DNA of 64,000 bases from assembly GCA_001899235.1 (NCBI GenBank), contig MKVR01000052.1:98944-162943 (forward strand), read 5' to 3'. A program made the translations under genes and the position numbers. Positions 9,874-19,898 of the stretch are shown here, one piece after another. This stretch comes from Nitrosospira sp. 56-18 (GTDB taxonomy: Bacteria > Pseudomonadota > Gammaproteobacteria > Burkholderiales > Nitrosomonadaceae). Positions within the stretch are counted from its first letter, which is position 1. Each line of letters begins with the position of its first letter. The notes beneath the pieces were generated by a model that ran no database searches, was not told the origin of the DNA, and saw only the letters and a program-made list of their open reading frames with translations.

Positions 9874-11586
9874 ATGGCGGCGCAATTTCTGACTGAACCC
9901 AAGGTAAATACCGGACCGCAGGCCGCCTCACGCGGCTTGCCGCCGGTGCGGCTGCGCCGCAACGGACCCTATTCCGCTGTTCTCCAGTTACAGCGCGTTT
10001 TCGGCAACCAGCGCGTGGCGCGCATGATACGGGGAGGAAATATCACCGCGGGAGGCAGGATTTCCAGCACCCAGCGCAAACCGCTTCCCGGCGCGGCGAA
10101 AGAGCGGCACGGGCAGGAAACCGGTTCCGCCGGCGATATTCTGACTGGCGATATTCTGAATCATGCCGATGCGCCAGGCATCCCCGCCCACCCGCAGGCT
10201 TCGCCGCCATCGCCTATGGAAAACCACCCCGCCAAAACCCCTGCTCTGCGGGGTCCACTCCCTCAACCCACCCCCCGGATTGCCCGCATCCCCTCCGCTC
10301 AAGCAAGTCAGGCAGCCGCGGGGCACAGATCAACCCTCGCGGGCGGGCAAGCCGCCAGGAAAATCCAGCGGAAGGATACCTGTCTGGATAGCAGTTCGGA
10401 CGAAGCCAGGTGGGCCGGGCAGAACGAGGGAAAGATATTCAAGTCCGGGGATAACCCGAAGGAACCCACAGAAGCCATCCTGTGGAATTTCTGCGTGGGC
10501 GAAAACCAGTTGCGGGAGCAGCACCGGCTGAGCCTGAAGCAGGACACGGCCCGCTGGAAAGGGATGCTGGCAGGCAGCGGAAAAACACCGGCGACGCGGC
10601 CCGACCTGCGTATTAAAATCCAGGGAACGGCCAGCGCCAGCGGCAGCAAGGCAGGTAACGAAAAAATAGCGCTGGATCGGGCCCAGGCTGTGAAAACCTT
10701 CCTGGAATCCGAGGGCATTCCCGCGTCGTTCATCACCATAACAGGCCTCGGGGCGAAATTTCCGCTGGCCGACGAAACCTCGCCGGAAAACATGGCGCGA
10801 AACCGCCGGGTGGAACTGTTCTTTTTCGTTCCCACTGTCACCGCCGATATCACCGGGGCGCTGGTGGCCGCCAATGTGAACAGAATCAAGATCGGCAAGC
10901 CATCGGGGGGCGTGCCTCCGCCTTCCTTCAGGAAAAGCGCCAACATGTTCTCGCGCGTCCATTTCGCCATGGCCGCCGAGGCGGATGTCGATCTTACCGG
11001 GTTCGGCGGCGATTCCATCGGGTTCTACCAGCTACTTACCGGCGACCAGCGGATCGGGCTGTACACATCGGAAAAGGATGGCAGCGAATTGCTCCTCGAT
11101 TACGGCAGATGCAACACGGTGCTGCCCTGCCGCGATGTGCTGGATGCCACCAGCTCCTTCAGCATCGACAACAGGAGCCTCGTGCTCGCCAGCACCGGCT
11201 CCGCCAGCGGCACGGTGCGCATCTCCGACCGGCCGGGCACCGGCTTTCCGATGCGCTATCCCGATCCCGTGCGGGGGCCGTTCGTGCTTTCCCGCTACTT
11301 CTGGAAGATGGATTTCGACCTGATCCTCGGGGTGCGGTCAGCCAGCCTGTTCATGCCCTTGCAGGCAGCGGCATGGAGCCTTGCCGCCGCGGAGAACGTG
11401 GACGTGGCAAAGCAGACGACCACCGGCATGGCGCCCATTTCCGTTCACCAGTCTTTTGTGCCTGTCAGCGCCGCCGGCAAGAAGGATGAGATGGACAAGG
11501 CCTTCGTCAGCCAGACATGCCGGTTGATGGCCCGCTCGCGCGAAGTCGCGCCCGAAGAACTGCCCTGCAGACCGGTGGAAACATGA
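9874..11586 (+). CDS. OmpA C-terminal-like domain protein with low-complexity N-terminus (eCIS-cargo-like motifs)
   Basis: IQGTAS..GNEKIALDRAQAVKTFL..GLG..P..NRRVEL OmpA-like motif; N-terminal LQLQRVFGNQRVARMI and KIQRK; no signal peptide. Confidence 0.75.
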   Translation: MAAQFLTEPKVNTGPQAASRGLPPVRLRRNGPYSAVLQLQRVFGNQRVARMIRGGNITAGGRISSTQRKPLPGAAKERHGQETGSAGDILTGDILNHADAPGIPAHPQASPPSPMENHPAKTPALRGPLPQPTPRIARIPSAQASQAAAGHRSTLAGGQAARKIQRKDTCLDSSSDEARWAGQNEGKIFKSGDNPKEPTEAILWNFCVGENQLREQHRLSLKQDTARWKGMLAGSGKTPATRPDLRIKIQGTASASGSKAGNEKIALDRAQAVKTFLESEGIPASFITITGLGAKFPLADETSPENMARNRRVELFFFVPTVTADITGALVAANVNRIKIGKPSGGVPPPSFRKSANMFSRVHFAMAAEADVDLTGFGGDSIGFYQLLTGDQRIGLYTSEKDGSELLLDYGRCNTVLPCRDVLDATSSFSIDNRSLVLASTGSASGTVRISDRPGTGFPMRYPDPVRGPFVLSRYFWKMDFDLILGVRSASLFMPLQAAAWSLAAAENVDVAKQTTTGMAPISVHQSFVPVSAAGKKDEMDKAFVSQTCRLMARSREVAPEELPCRPVET

Positions 11587-11654
11587 TGCGAACGGAGCAC
11601 GGTCCGATGGATACGCTTCAGGCACGCGCCGTGCGCCGGTTCGGGCAGCAGGAT

Positions 11655-11981
11655 TCATTTCTTCTTGCGATCGGTCCGCCTGCGATATATTCCCGCGCGC
11701 ATCAGAAGCATGGCGGTGATGGGCGAAGTGGCCACCATGAACAGCGCGATCAGTATTTCCTGGAAGATGAAGCGGTGCTCCTGCATGGAAGCCACCAGCA
11801 TCGACGCCAGCAGGATGCAGCCCAGCCCGAGCGTGGCGCCCAGGGTAGGCGCATGTATGCGGGCAAACAGCTCGCGCAGGCGCAGCAGGCCGAACGAACC
11901 GATGAGCGCCAGGAGGCTGCCCGCCACCACCAGCAGTGACGCCAGCAGGTCCGCCCAGGCGGGAAGTTCGGGCGCGGTCAT
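11655..11981 (-). CDS. mrpG: Mrp/Pha antiporter subunit G
   Basis: GSFGLLRLRELFARIHAPTLGATLG motif; last gene of operon; start MTAPELP overlaps the mrpF stop. Confidence 0.9.
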   Translation of the reverse strand: MTAPELPAWADLLASLLVVAGSLLALIGSFGLLRLRELFARIHAPTLGATLGLGCILLASMLVASMQEHRFIFQEILIALFMVATSPITAMLLMRAGIYRRRTDRKKK

Positions 11982-12259
11982 GGCTCGATCACCTCTCCGC
12001 GCAGCAGGAACTTCGCCATGGCGGCCGACCCGACAAACCCGAATAGCGCGATCAGCAGCGCGATATCGAAATAGAACCGAAGGCCGAGCTGCATGCCCAG
12101 CACCAGGGCCATCATCATGCTGTTGACATAAAGCGTGTCCAGCGCCAGCACGCGGTCTTCGGCGGACGGCCCGCGCAGCAGGCGCAGTCCCGCGCATATC
12201 GCGGCAAGCGCGAAGGCAATGAGGGCGAACCAGAGCGCCCAGGGCAGCAAGGCAGTCAT
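11978..12259 (-). CDS. mrpF: Mrp/Pha antiporter subunit F
   Basis: RLLRGPSAEDRVLALDTL..DIALLIALFGFVGS. Confidence 0.92.
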   Translation of the reverse strand: MTALLPWALWFALIAFALAAICAGLRLLRGPSAEDRVLALDTLYVNSMMMALVLGMQLGLRFYFDIALLIALFGFVGSAAMAKFLLRGEVIEP

Positions 12260-12744
12260 TCGAAAATCTCCATCAATGGGCGTTCGTAGCGATGCTTGAT
12301 AGTGCGGATCCAGGCATCCTCATCCTTCAGATCCAGCACGTGTATCTTCAGAAGGCAGCCATCCGGAGACAATCCCGCCCAGACGGTGCCTGGCGTGGCA
12401 GTGATGATGCAAGCCAGCAGCGCCAGCCCGTATGGGTCGCGCAGGTCTATGGGCAGGGTCATGAATCCGGGCGTGGCGGCTCGCCCCGGCGGGCTGAGGA
12501 TAATCCCGGCCACCGCGAAATTGGAGCGGATGATATCCGCCAGCACGATGAAAAACAGTCTGATCGCCACCAGCAGGTGATGAGGGCGCGCGCGCAGCGG
12601 GCGCATGGCGGCGGTTCCCAGGGCGATGGCGATGGTGAGGATGATGCCCAGCGCAAGCTGGCCCGGCGCCACCGTGTCGTTGAGCAGCAGCCATAAGGCA
12701 AACAGCGCGGCGGTAAACAGTGTGAGGGACGGCCAGCGCTTCAT
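12256..12744 (-). CDS. mrpE: Mrp/Pha antiporter subunit E
   Basis: DIIRSN..LACIITATPGT..LKIHVLD..YERPLMEIFE; ATG at 12744 overlaps the mrpD TGA. Confidence 0.9.
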   Translation of the reverse strand: MKRWPSLTLFTAALFALWLLLNDTVAPGQLALGIILTIAIALGTAAMRPLRARPHHLLVAIRLFFIVLADIIRSNFAVAGIILSPPGRAATPGFMTLPIDLRDPYGLALLACIITATPGTVWAGLSPDGCLLKIHVLDLKDEDAWIRTIKHRYERPLMEIFE

Positions 12745-14417
12745 TGTCCGGCGCCTCTCGAAGCGGGAGAGAACAGGGGGTTGGTGCTCAACACCGCATC
12801 GATATAGTCGCGGGGAGAGGAAAGCGATTGTCCCGCGAGCCCCAGGTAATCCATCGCCGGGCCGGCCCCCGCCGTCAGCGCCACGCTCAGCAGCAACAGC
12901 GTGGCGACCGGCGCCGCTTCGATCAGATGCAATTGCGGCGTGACGATTTCGCCTTGGCTCCAGAACAGCCGCATGCCCATCCTGCATAGCGCTATCACGC
13001 CGATCAGGCTCGACCCCAGCACCGCCGCCCATAACACCCACACCAATCCCGGAACGACCGTTCCCTGGACAGAATCGAGCGCCGCCGCCAGCAGCAGGAA
13101 TTTCGCGACAAACCCCGATAACGGCGGGAGCCCGGCCACCAGCAGCGTGCACGCGGAAAAGCTCATGCCGAGAAACGCCATTGCCGCGGGAATGACGATT
13201 CCGACCACCTCGTCCGGCCAGTCGGAATACAGCTCGTCTTCACCTTCGGATTCGCGGGGATCCGCCGCGCTTCCCGCAATGGCTTCACCCGGCTGCTGAG
13301 TCCGCTCGATCATCTCGCTCAGCATGAAAAGCGCTCCCGTGCCCAGGACCGAACTGACCAGGTAAAACAGCGCGGCGCCCTTGATCTCCGCTCCTCCCAG
13401 GCCCAGCGCCGCGAGCAGCGTCCCGGACGAAGCAATGATGCAATAGGCGGCAAGCCGCTGCGGCTGCTGGGCAATCAGGGTGCCTGCAGTGCCCAGAACC
13501 AGCGTCGCGATACCTATTCCGAACAGCCATTCCTCTCCGAAAGGCGCCGGAATCCCCGGAACCCCGGGAAGACCGGGCATGCCAGGGGAAGGAGACAAGA
13601 GCGACCCCAGGCGCAGCATGGCGTAAACGCCCACCTTGGTCATGATGGAAAACATGGCGGCCACCGGCGGCGCGGCCGCGCCATACGTCTGCGGCAGCCA
13701 GAAATTCAACGGCCAGGCACCCGCCTTGAGTAGAAACGCGACTCCCAGGATCGCCGCGCCAGTTTCAAACAGAATGCGATCGCCGTCGGCCAGGAAGGGC
13801 GCCCGCGCCGCGAGATCAGCCATGTTCAGCGTTCCGCTCGCCCCATAGATCAACGAAACGCCGATCAGGAAGACAAACGACCCGGCCAGGTTCATGACGA
13901 TATAGTGCAGGCCAGCCCGGACCCTGGATACGCCCAGGCCATGCAGCGCCAGGCCATAGGACGCGGCCAGCAGCACTTCCACGAACACGAACAGGTTGAA
14001 CAGGTCGCCCGTCAGGAATGCGCCGTTTATCCCCATGACGATGAACTGGAATAGCGACTGGAAGTGCGGCCCTATCCGCTTCCAGCGCGCCTGCGCGTAC
14101 ACCAGCGTTACCAGCGCCAGCACCGCGTTCAACAGCAGCATGACTGCCGACAGCCGGTCGACCACCAGTACGATGCCAAATGGCGCCTGCCAGCCGCCCA
14201 GCAGGTATACGGCGATGCCCTCCGGCCAGATGTCTGCCATTCCGCCGCCGGCCATGTCCGCCAGGGCAATGGCGGACAGCAAGTTGGCCAGCGCCGCCGC
14301 CAGCGCCACGACGGTGCGGGGTGTGCGCTGTGCATCCGCGAACAGCAGCATGCCTGCGCCGGCCAGCAGCGGAATGACGATCGGAAAGAGAGGGAGGTGC
14401 TGCGCCCAGCCGCTCAT
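12741..14417 (-). CDS. mrpD: Mrp/Pha antiporter subunit D
   Basis: FLTGDLFNLFVFVEVLL..SYGL, KAGAWPLNFWLP..Y, GLPPLSGFVAK. Confidence 0.95.
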   Translation of the reverse strand: MSGWAQHLPLFPIVIPLLAGAGMLLFADAQRTPRTVVALAAALANLLSAIALADMAGGGMADIWPEGIAVYLLGGWQAPFGIVLVVDRLSAVMLLLNAVLALVTLVYAQARWKRIGPHFQSLFQFIVMGINGAFLTGDLFNLFVFVEVLLAASYGLALHGLGVSRVRAGLHYIVMNLAGSFVFLIGVSLIYGASGTLNMADLAARAPFLADGDRILFETGAAILGVAFLLKAGAWPLNFWLPQTYGAAAPPVAAMFSIMTKVGVYAMLRLGSLLSPSPGMPGLPGVPGIPAPFGEEWLFGIGIATLVLGTAGTLIAQQPQRLAAYCIIASSGTLLAALGLGGAEIKGAALFYLVSSVLGTGALFMLSEMIERTQQPGEAIAGSAADPRESEGEDELYSDWPDEVVGIVIPAAMAFLGMSFSACTLLVAGLPPLSGFVAKFLLLAAALDSVQGTVVPGLVWVLWAAVLGSSLIGVIALCRMGMRLFWSQGEIVTPQLHLIEAAPVATLLLLSVALTAGAGPAMDYLGLAGQSLSSPRDYIDAVLSTNPLFSPASRGAGQ

Positions 14418-14761
14418 GGCTCCAGCTCTTCCCCCTGCACATGGTCGGTCCCTGTCAGCCCGCGAGAGGCCAGCAGCACCACCAGGAACAAGGCGGTGGT
14501 GGCAAAGCCGATCACGATCGCGGTCAGCACCAGCGCCTGCGGCACCGGATCGTCATAAAGAGACGGATCGGCTTGCTGGAGCGTGTCGATGATCGGGGCA
14601 CGCCCTATGGTCAGGCGCCCCATTCCGAAAATGAACAGGTTGACCGCATACGAAAGCAGGGAAAGGCCCATGATGACCTGGAAGGTACGCGGCCGCAGCA
14701 GCAGCCATACGCCTGATCCGGTGAGAATGCCAATTGCCAGTGCATAAACGATTTCCATCAA
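14414..14761 (-). CDS. mrpC: Mrp/Pha antiporter subunit C
   Basis: LLSYAVNLFIF..DPVPQALVLTAIVIGFA. Confidence 0.95.
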   Translation of the reverse strand: MMEIVYALAIGILTGSGVWLLLRPRTFQVIMGLSLLSYAVNLFIFGMGRLTIGRAPIIDTLQQADPSLYDDPVPQALVLTAIVIGFATTALFLVVLLASRGLTGTDHVQGEELEP

Positions 14762-14833
14762 CCCTCCCTGAAATTCTCCCTGAGTGTGCCCGAGCCGGCA
14801 TGAACCGCACTCGCCTCCGGCACCGCGCCCGCC

Positions 14834-17785
14834 TTATTTTTCCCGCGTTCTCGCCGATGGCGTATCCGCGACCCCCGCGTGTATCCCAAAAGCATGCGCC
14901 GCGTGCTTGCGGTGCCCGCGCCGCGACTGGTGAGCCAGCGCCACCAGGATCAGCACCGCGGCGCCGATCACCAGCAGGAAAACTCCCAGGTCGAAGAGCA
15001 GCACGGTCGAAAAATACAGCTCGCCCGCCACGGGCAGCGCCACATGCCACGCCAGGGCAGAAAGAAAGGGACGCGACGCCAGCAAGGCCGACAAACCCGT
15101 TCCGGCCGCGCATAGCAGGCCCAGCGCGATCCAGTACTGCGGATAGATCCGGGTACGCGACTCCGCCCAGGCGGTCCCGCCCACCAGGTATTGCAGGATG
15201 ACCGCGGTCGCCACGATCAGGCCGGCGACGAAACCGCCGCCCGGATCGTTGTGCCCGCGCAGCAGGAAGAATATCGCCACCATGCCCGAAACCGGCAGCA
15301 GCAGTTGCGCAATCACTCCCGGCAGCATCATCGGACCCTGGGGCAGCAATACATGCGGGTCCGGCAAGGACGTTTCGTCTTCGCCATCCTGCTCCTGCTG
15401 CTGCACCGGCAGGCCGGTGCTCTCCGGCGCGGGGCGGAACCGCCGCAGCAGCGCGAATACCGTCAGCGCCACGATGCCCAGCACGGTGATTTCCCCCAGG
15501 GTATCGAATCCCCTGAAATCCACCAGGATCACGTTGACGACATTGGCGCCGCCGGCAAGCGGAAGAGCGTTTTCGATGAAAAAAGGAGAAATGCCTTCCC
15601 CCGCCTGCCGCGTCAGGACAGCATAGCTCAGGAGAGCCAGGCCGCCGCCGGCAATCGCTGCCAAAACCAGATCCCGCAGGCGCCGGGTCCGGGCACGCAC
15701 CCGCGCCCGCAGCGGAATCAGCTCGTCATCGATCGATTTCTGGCGCAGCGGCAGCCAGCGCAGCCCCAGCAGCAGCAGGACCACGGTCACCACTTCGACA
15801 ACGAGCTGCGTCAGCGCGAGATCCGGCGCGGAGAACCAGACGAACGTCATGCAGGTGGCGAGGCCTGCCGCGCCCGACAGGCTCAGGGCCGCCAGCCGGT
15901 GATATTTGGCCTGGAAAGCGGCGCCAATCGCGCAGGCCGAGCCCACCAGCCACATCAGCGCGAATGCCGGCTCCAGTGGCGTCACCGCCATGTCGCCCGA
16001 CGGCAGCCCTCCGTATGACAAGGGTATCAGCGCGCTGGCAAACGCCGCGCAGATGAGAAGCAGGAGCTGCACCTGCAGGCGCTCCGTGGATAGCATCCGG
16101 ATCGCCACCCGCGTAAGCGAATCGGCCTTCAGCAGCAAGAATTCGAAAATGAGCTTGCCATCCAGGCGCAGAGAGTCCAGCAGCGGCACGCTGCCCGTTC
16201 CCTGCTGGTATCTTCCCAGCGCGCGGTACAGCAAAACCCCGGCGACCATGGCCACGAGACTCATCGCCAGAGGCAGGTTGAAGCCGTGCCACACGGCAAG
16301 GCTATGCTGGGGCATGCCTGCCCCCAGGATGGACAACGCCGCCATGTCCAGGTAGGAGCCGATGGTTTGCGCCGGCAGCATGCCGATCACCAGACAGGCG
16401 ATAACCAGCACCGCGCTGGGAAAAAGCATCCAGCGCGGCGGCTCGTGCGGCTTCCTTGGAAGGTCCGCCGCGGGAGGGCCGAAAAACACCTGCATGATGA
16501 AGCGCAGCGAATACGCGACACTGAATGTTCCCCAGACCACGGCCATCAGGGGCAAGCCAATGCGCGTGACAAGATTGCCGCTGACGAATATCGTTTCCGT
16601 AAAGAACATTTCCTTGGAGATGAAGCCGTTGAGCAAGGGAACGCCAGCCATCGAGGCCGCGGCCACCAGCGCAAGCGTGGCGGTGATAGGCATCGCGTGG
16701 CGCAAGCCGCTCAGGCGCGACAGGTCGCGCGTGCCGGTCTCGTGATCGACCATGCCCGCCGCCATGAACAGCGAAGCCTTGAACGTCGCATGATTGATGA
16801 TATGGAAAATGGCCGCTATCAGGGCGAGCGGACTGTTCAGCCCCAGCAGCAGGGTGATCAATCCCAGGTGGCTAATGGTGGAATAGGCCAGCACGCCTTT
16901 CATGTCCCGCTGGAATATGGCCATGTAGGCGCCTGCCACCAGCGAAAGCAGGCCGGCGGTGCCTATCATCCAGAACCATGCATCGGTGCCGGCGAGCACC
17001 GGCCATAGCCGCACCAGCAGGAACACACCCGCCTTCACCATGGTAGCCGAGTGCAGGTAAACGGATACTGGCGTCGGCGCCGCCATTGCGTGCGGCAGCC
17101 AGAAGTGGAACGGGAATTGAGCGCTCTTGGTCAACGCCCCAAGGCCGATCAGGATCAGCGCTCCCAGGTACCAGGGATGCGCGCGCACCACATCGCCAGA
17201 GGACAGCACGACGTCCAGATCGTAGCTCCCCGTGATGCGGCCCAGTATCAGCACGCCCCCCAGCAGGCACAGCCCCCCGCCTGCCGTTACGGTCAACGCC
17301 ATGCGCGCGCCGCGGCGCGCATCCATGCGCTGGTACCAGTAGGCGATCAGCATGAATGATGTCAGGCTGGTCAGTTCCCAGAACACGATCAGCTGGATCA
17401 GGTTGCCCGATAAGACGACCCCGAGCATGGCGCCCATGAATGCCAGGAAAAAAGAGAAGAAGCGCGGAACCGGGTCCTGCGCCGCCATGTAATAGCGCGC
17501 ATATACCACGACCAGGACCCCCATCACCGTCACCAGCATCGCGAACAGCCACGCGAAGCCATCGATGCGGAATATGAGATCCAGCGCCAGGCTGGGCGCC
17601 CACTGCACCACCTCGCGCGCCACCCCTCCATCCGCCACCCGGCCGTGGAAGGACGCTGTCAGGGCAGCGCAGGCGCCGGCCACCAGGCCCGCCAGCCACA
17701 CCGCCGCATTACGCGCGTGCGACGGCAAAAACGCGGCGCACAGGCTGCCGGCGAAAGGAAGGATGACTATCCAGGTCAGGGACAT
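14834..17785 (-). CDS. mrpA: Mrp/Pha antiporter fused subunit A/B
   Basis: TKSAQFPFHFWLPHAMAAPTPVSVYLHSATMVKAG; C-terminal MrpB part RGHNDPGGGF; start placed at MSLTW. Confidence 0.95.
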   Translation of the reverse strand: MSLTWIVILPFAGSLCAAFLPSHARNAAVWLAGLVAGACAALTASFHGRVADGGVAREVVQWAPSLALDLIFRIDGFAWLFAMLVTVMGVLVVVYARYYMAAQDPVPRFFSFFLAFMGAMLGVVLSGNLIQLIVFWELTSLTSFMLIAYWYQRMDARRGARMALTVTAGGGLCLLGGVLILGRITGSYDLDVVLSSGDVVRAHPWYLGALILIGLGALTKSAQFPFHFWLPHAMAAPTPVSVYLHSATMVKAGVFLLVRLWPVLAGTDAWFWMIGTAGLLSLVAGAYMAIFQRDMKGVLAYSTISHLGLITLLLGLNSPLALIAAIFHIINHATFKASLFMAAGMVDHETGTRDLSRLSGLRHAMPITATLALVAAASMAGVPLLNGFISKEMFFTETIFVSGNLVTRIGLPLMAVVWGTFSVAYSLRFIMQVFFGPPAADLPRKPHEPPRWMLFPSAVLVIACLVIGMLPAQTIGSYLDMAALSILGAGMPQHSLAVWHGFNLPLAMSLVAMVAGVLLYRALGRYQQGTGSVPLLDSLRLDGKLIFEFLLLKADSLTRVAIRMLSTERLQVQLLLLICAAFASALIPLSYGGLPSGDMAVTPLEPAFALMWLVGSACAIGAAFQAKYHRLAALSLSGAAGLATCMTFVWFSAPDLALTQLVVEVVTVVLLLLGLRWLPLRQKSIDDELIPLRARVRARTRRLRDLVLAAIAGGGLALLSYAVLTRQAGEGISPFFIENALPLAGGANVVNVILVDFRGFDTLGEITVLGIVALTVFALLRRFRPAPESTGLPVQQQEQDGEDETSLPDPHVLLPQGPMMLPGVIAQLLLPVSGMVAIFFLLRGHNDPGGGFVAGLIVATAVILQYLVGGTAWAESRTRIYPQYWIALGLLCAAGTGLSALLASRPFLSALAWHVALPVAGELYFSTVLLFDLGVFLLVIGAAVLILVALAHQSRRGHRKHAAHAFGIHAGVADTPSARTREK

Positions 17786-17983
17786 GGCATGAAGCAAAAT
17801 CGTGTTGAAAAATACCGGGGCGCCGGGAATCCGGCTGGAAACCGGATGCCGGCAAGCGAGCGCTGCCTATCGTCATCAATCATATCATCCCGCCACGGCA
17901 TGCGGCTCTGCGATATTGCTCCGCGCCCGTGCAACCAAAGCGCGGCAAAAATGTCTATGCTTCAAGGAAGGAAGCGCAGAAAG

Positions 17984-19321
17984 ATGACGAAAATAATGAA
18001 AATCACGGTTGCGGCCCTCGCGGGCGCCGGCATTATAATGGCCGCCTATGCAATGGAAGGAAAGGAGAAAGCCGTGACCTCGGGCAACCAGAAAACCGAT
18101 TATGTGGTGCTGGGCATGGGCTGCTTCTGGGGAGCCGAAAAGCGCATGGGAGAAATTCCCGGCGTCGTCGACGTGGAAAGCGGCTATGCCGGGGGCGACC
18201 GCGCCGGCGTAGGCTACCAGGATATCCTCGCCCACGAAAGAACGCTGCGCGCCGGCAAGACCACGGCGCGCAACCATGCGGAAGTGGTCAAGATCGTGTT
18301 CGATCCGCAACGGGTGCCGCTGGAAACGGTGCTGGCCAGGTTCTGGGAGAACCATAACCCAACCCAGGGCGATCGCCAGGGGAACGATGTCGGCAGCAAC
18401 TACCGCAGCGCTGTCTACTATCATGACGAAGGTCAGAAAAACGCGGCGCTCGCGACCCGTTCCGCCTACCAGAAAGCCCTGGCGGATGCGGGATACGGCA
18501 AGATCACCACCGAGATCCTGCCGCTAAAAAATTACATCACCGCCGAGGAATACCATCAGAATTACCTGAAAAAGAACCCGGATGGATATTGCGGCCTGGG
18601 TGGAACGGGCGTGAAATATCCTGCCGCTCCGCAGAAAATCGCCCAGGCGCCGGCAGCCTCATCCAATGCCGGCGTTTCGGCCAAACCCCTGAACGGAAGC
18701 GATTTGAGCCAGGTACGGCAACTGGTGGTATTCGAGTCGGAGAATTGCGAGTTCTGCAAACAGTTCGACAAGGATGTGCTGAACCAGTGGAAAGCCGACG
18801 TGCCGGTCATCGCCACCATGAACAGCAGCGCGCCCGCCGGCTGGACGCTGGAAAAACCGCTGTTCGCTGCTCCCACTATCGTCCTGTTCGAAAAAGGCAG
18901 GGAGGTTGCCCGCTATACCGGCTATAACGGGGAGAAAGCCAATTTCTGGAAATGGCTCGGCTTCCACCTGTTGTCGCCGGAGCAGCGCAAGATCGCCTTC
19001 CAGCAAGGCACGGAGCCCCCTTTCACCGCATCCAACCTCGATGAAAAGCGGCCGGGCAAGTTTGTCGACCCCATTACCGGCGCAACGCTCTTTCTCAGCA
19101 AGACGAAATTTGAAAGCGGCACCGGGTGGCCCAGCTTCTTCGATCCGCTGGAAGGCGCCGTTACCCTGCATCCGGATAATTCTCATGGCATGCGGCGGGT
19201 CGAAGTGCGCAGCGCAAGTTCGGGCATCCACCTCGGCCACGTTTTCAATGACGGACCGCCCCCCAGCTACAAGCGCTATTGCATCAATGGCAACGTGCTG
19301 AAATTTGTCCCCGATCCGTGA
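17984..19321 (+). CDS. msrAB: Exported methionine sulfoxide reductase fusion MsrA - thioredoxin-like - MsrB
   Basis: GMGCFWGAE (MsrA), CEFC thioredoxin-like segment, KFESGTGWPSF/GHVF.DGP/RYCING (MsrB); signal-like N-terminus; start placed at MTKIMK. Confidence 0.88.
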   Translation: MTKIMKITVAALAGAGIIMAAYAMEGKEKAVTSGNQKTDYVVLGMGCFWGAEKRMGEIPGVVDVESGYAGGDRAGVGYQDILAHERTLRAGKTTARNHAEVVKIVFDPQRVPLETVLARFWENHNPTQGDRQGNDVGSNYRSAVYYHDEGQKNAALATRSAYQKALADAGYGKITTEILPLKNYITAEEYHQNYLKKNPDGYCGLGGTGVKYPAAPQKIAQAPAASSNAGVSAKPLNGSDLSQVRQLVVFESENCEFCKQFDKDVLNQWKADVPVIATMNSSAPAGWTLEKPLFAAPTIVLFEKGREVARYTGYNGEKANFWKWLGFHLLSPEQRKIAFQQGTEPPFTASNLDEKRPGKFVDPITGATLFLSKTKFESGTGWPSFFDPLEGAVTLHPDNSHGMRRVEVRSASSGIHLGHVFNDGPPPSYKRYCINGNVLKFVPDP

Positions 19322-19409
19322 AATTTGCATCCAACCCGTGAACATCCGGCCTGACATCCGCATCGGAATATCGGCATATTCCGGCGGCGCCTTTGAATGG
19401 ACCTGACTA

Positions 19410-19889
19410 ATGAACTCGCTTATCCACAAAATCATTCTCACCACCGATTTTTCCGAGGCATCCGAAGACGCCGTGCGCTATGGCGTATGGATGGCCCGCT
19501 CCCTGAAGGCCGAACTGAAGCTCCTGCATGTGTTCGAGCCGAGCGGGTGGATGGTGCCCTCCCCCTACTACTTCACTCCCGGGTTCGAGCAGTGGGTGGA
19601 CGCAAGCGTCGAAAAGACCCGGGTGGAAGGGAGAAAAATGCTGGAGCATCTGGCGGAATCCCTCGATATGCAGGTCGAAACCATCTTCGCGGAAGGGCAG
19701 GCCGGCAGGGAAATCGTTCGCGTTGCCGAAGAGCACCATGCAAGCATGCTCATCCTCGGCACCCACGGCTACACCGGATGGAATCGTTTGACCCTGGGCA
19801 GCATTGCGGAATATGTGGTCCGCCATGCCCCCTGCCCGGTACTGACGGTGAAGCCTCGCGAGGACCACAGGGGAAAAAGCTCGCAGTAG
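19410..19889 (+). CDS. Universal stress protein (UspA family)
   Basis: KIILTTDFSEAS, ILGTHG, LGSIAEYVVRHAPCPVLTV. Confidence 0.93.
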   Translation: MNSLIHKIILTTDFSEASEDAVRYGVWMARSLKAELKLLHVFEPSGWMVPSPYYFTPGFEQWVDASVEKTRVEGRKMLEHLAESLDMQVETIFAEGQAGREIVRVAEEHHASMLILGTHGYTGWNRLTLGSIAEYVVRHAPCPVLTVKPREDHRGKSSQ

Positions 19890-19898
19890 GCTGCCTGC

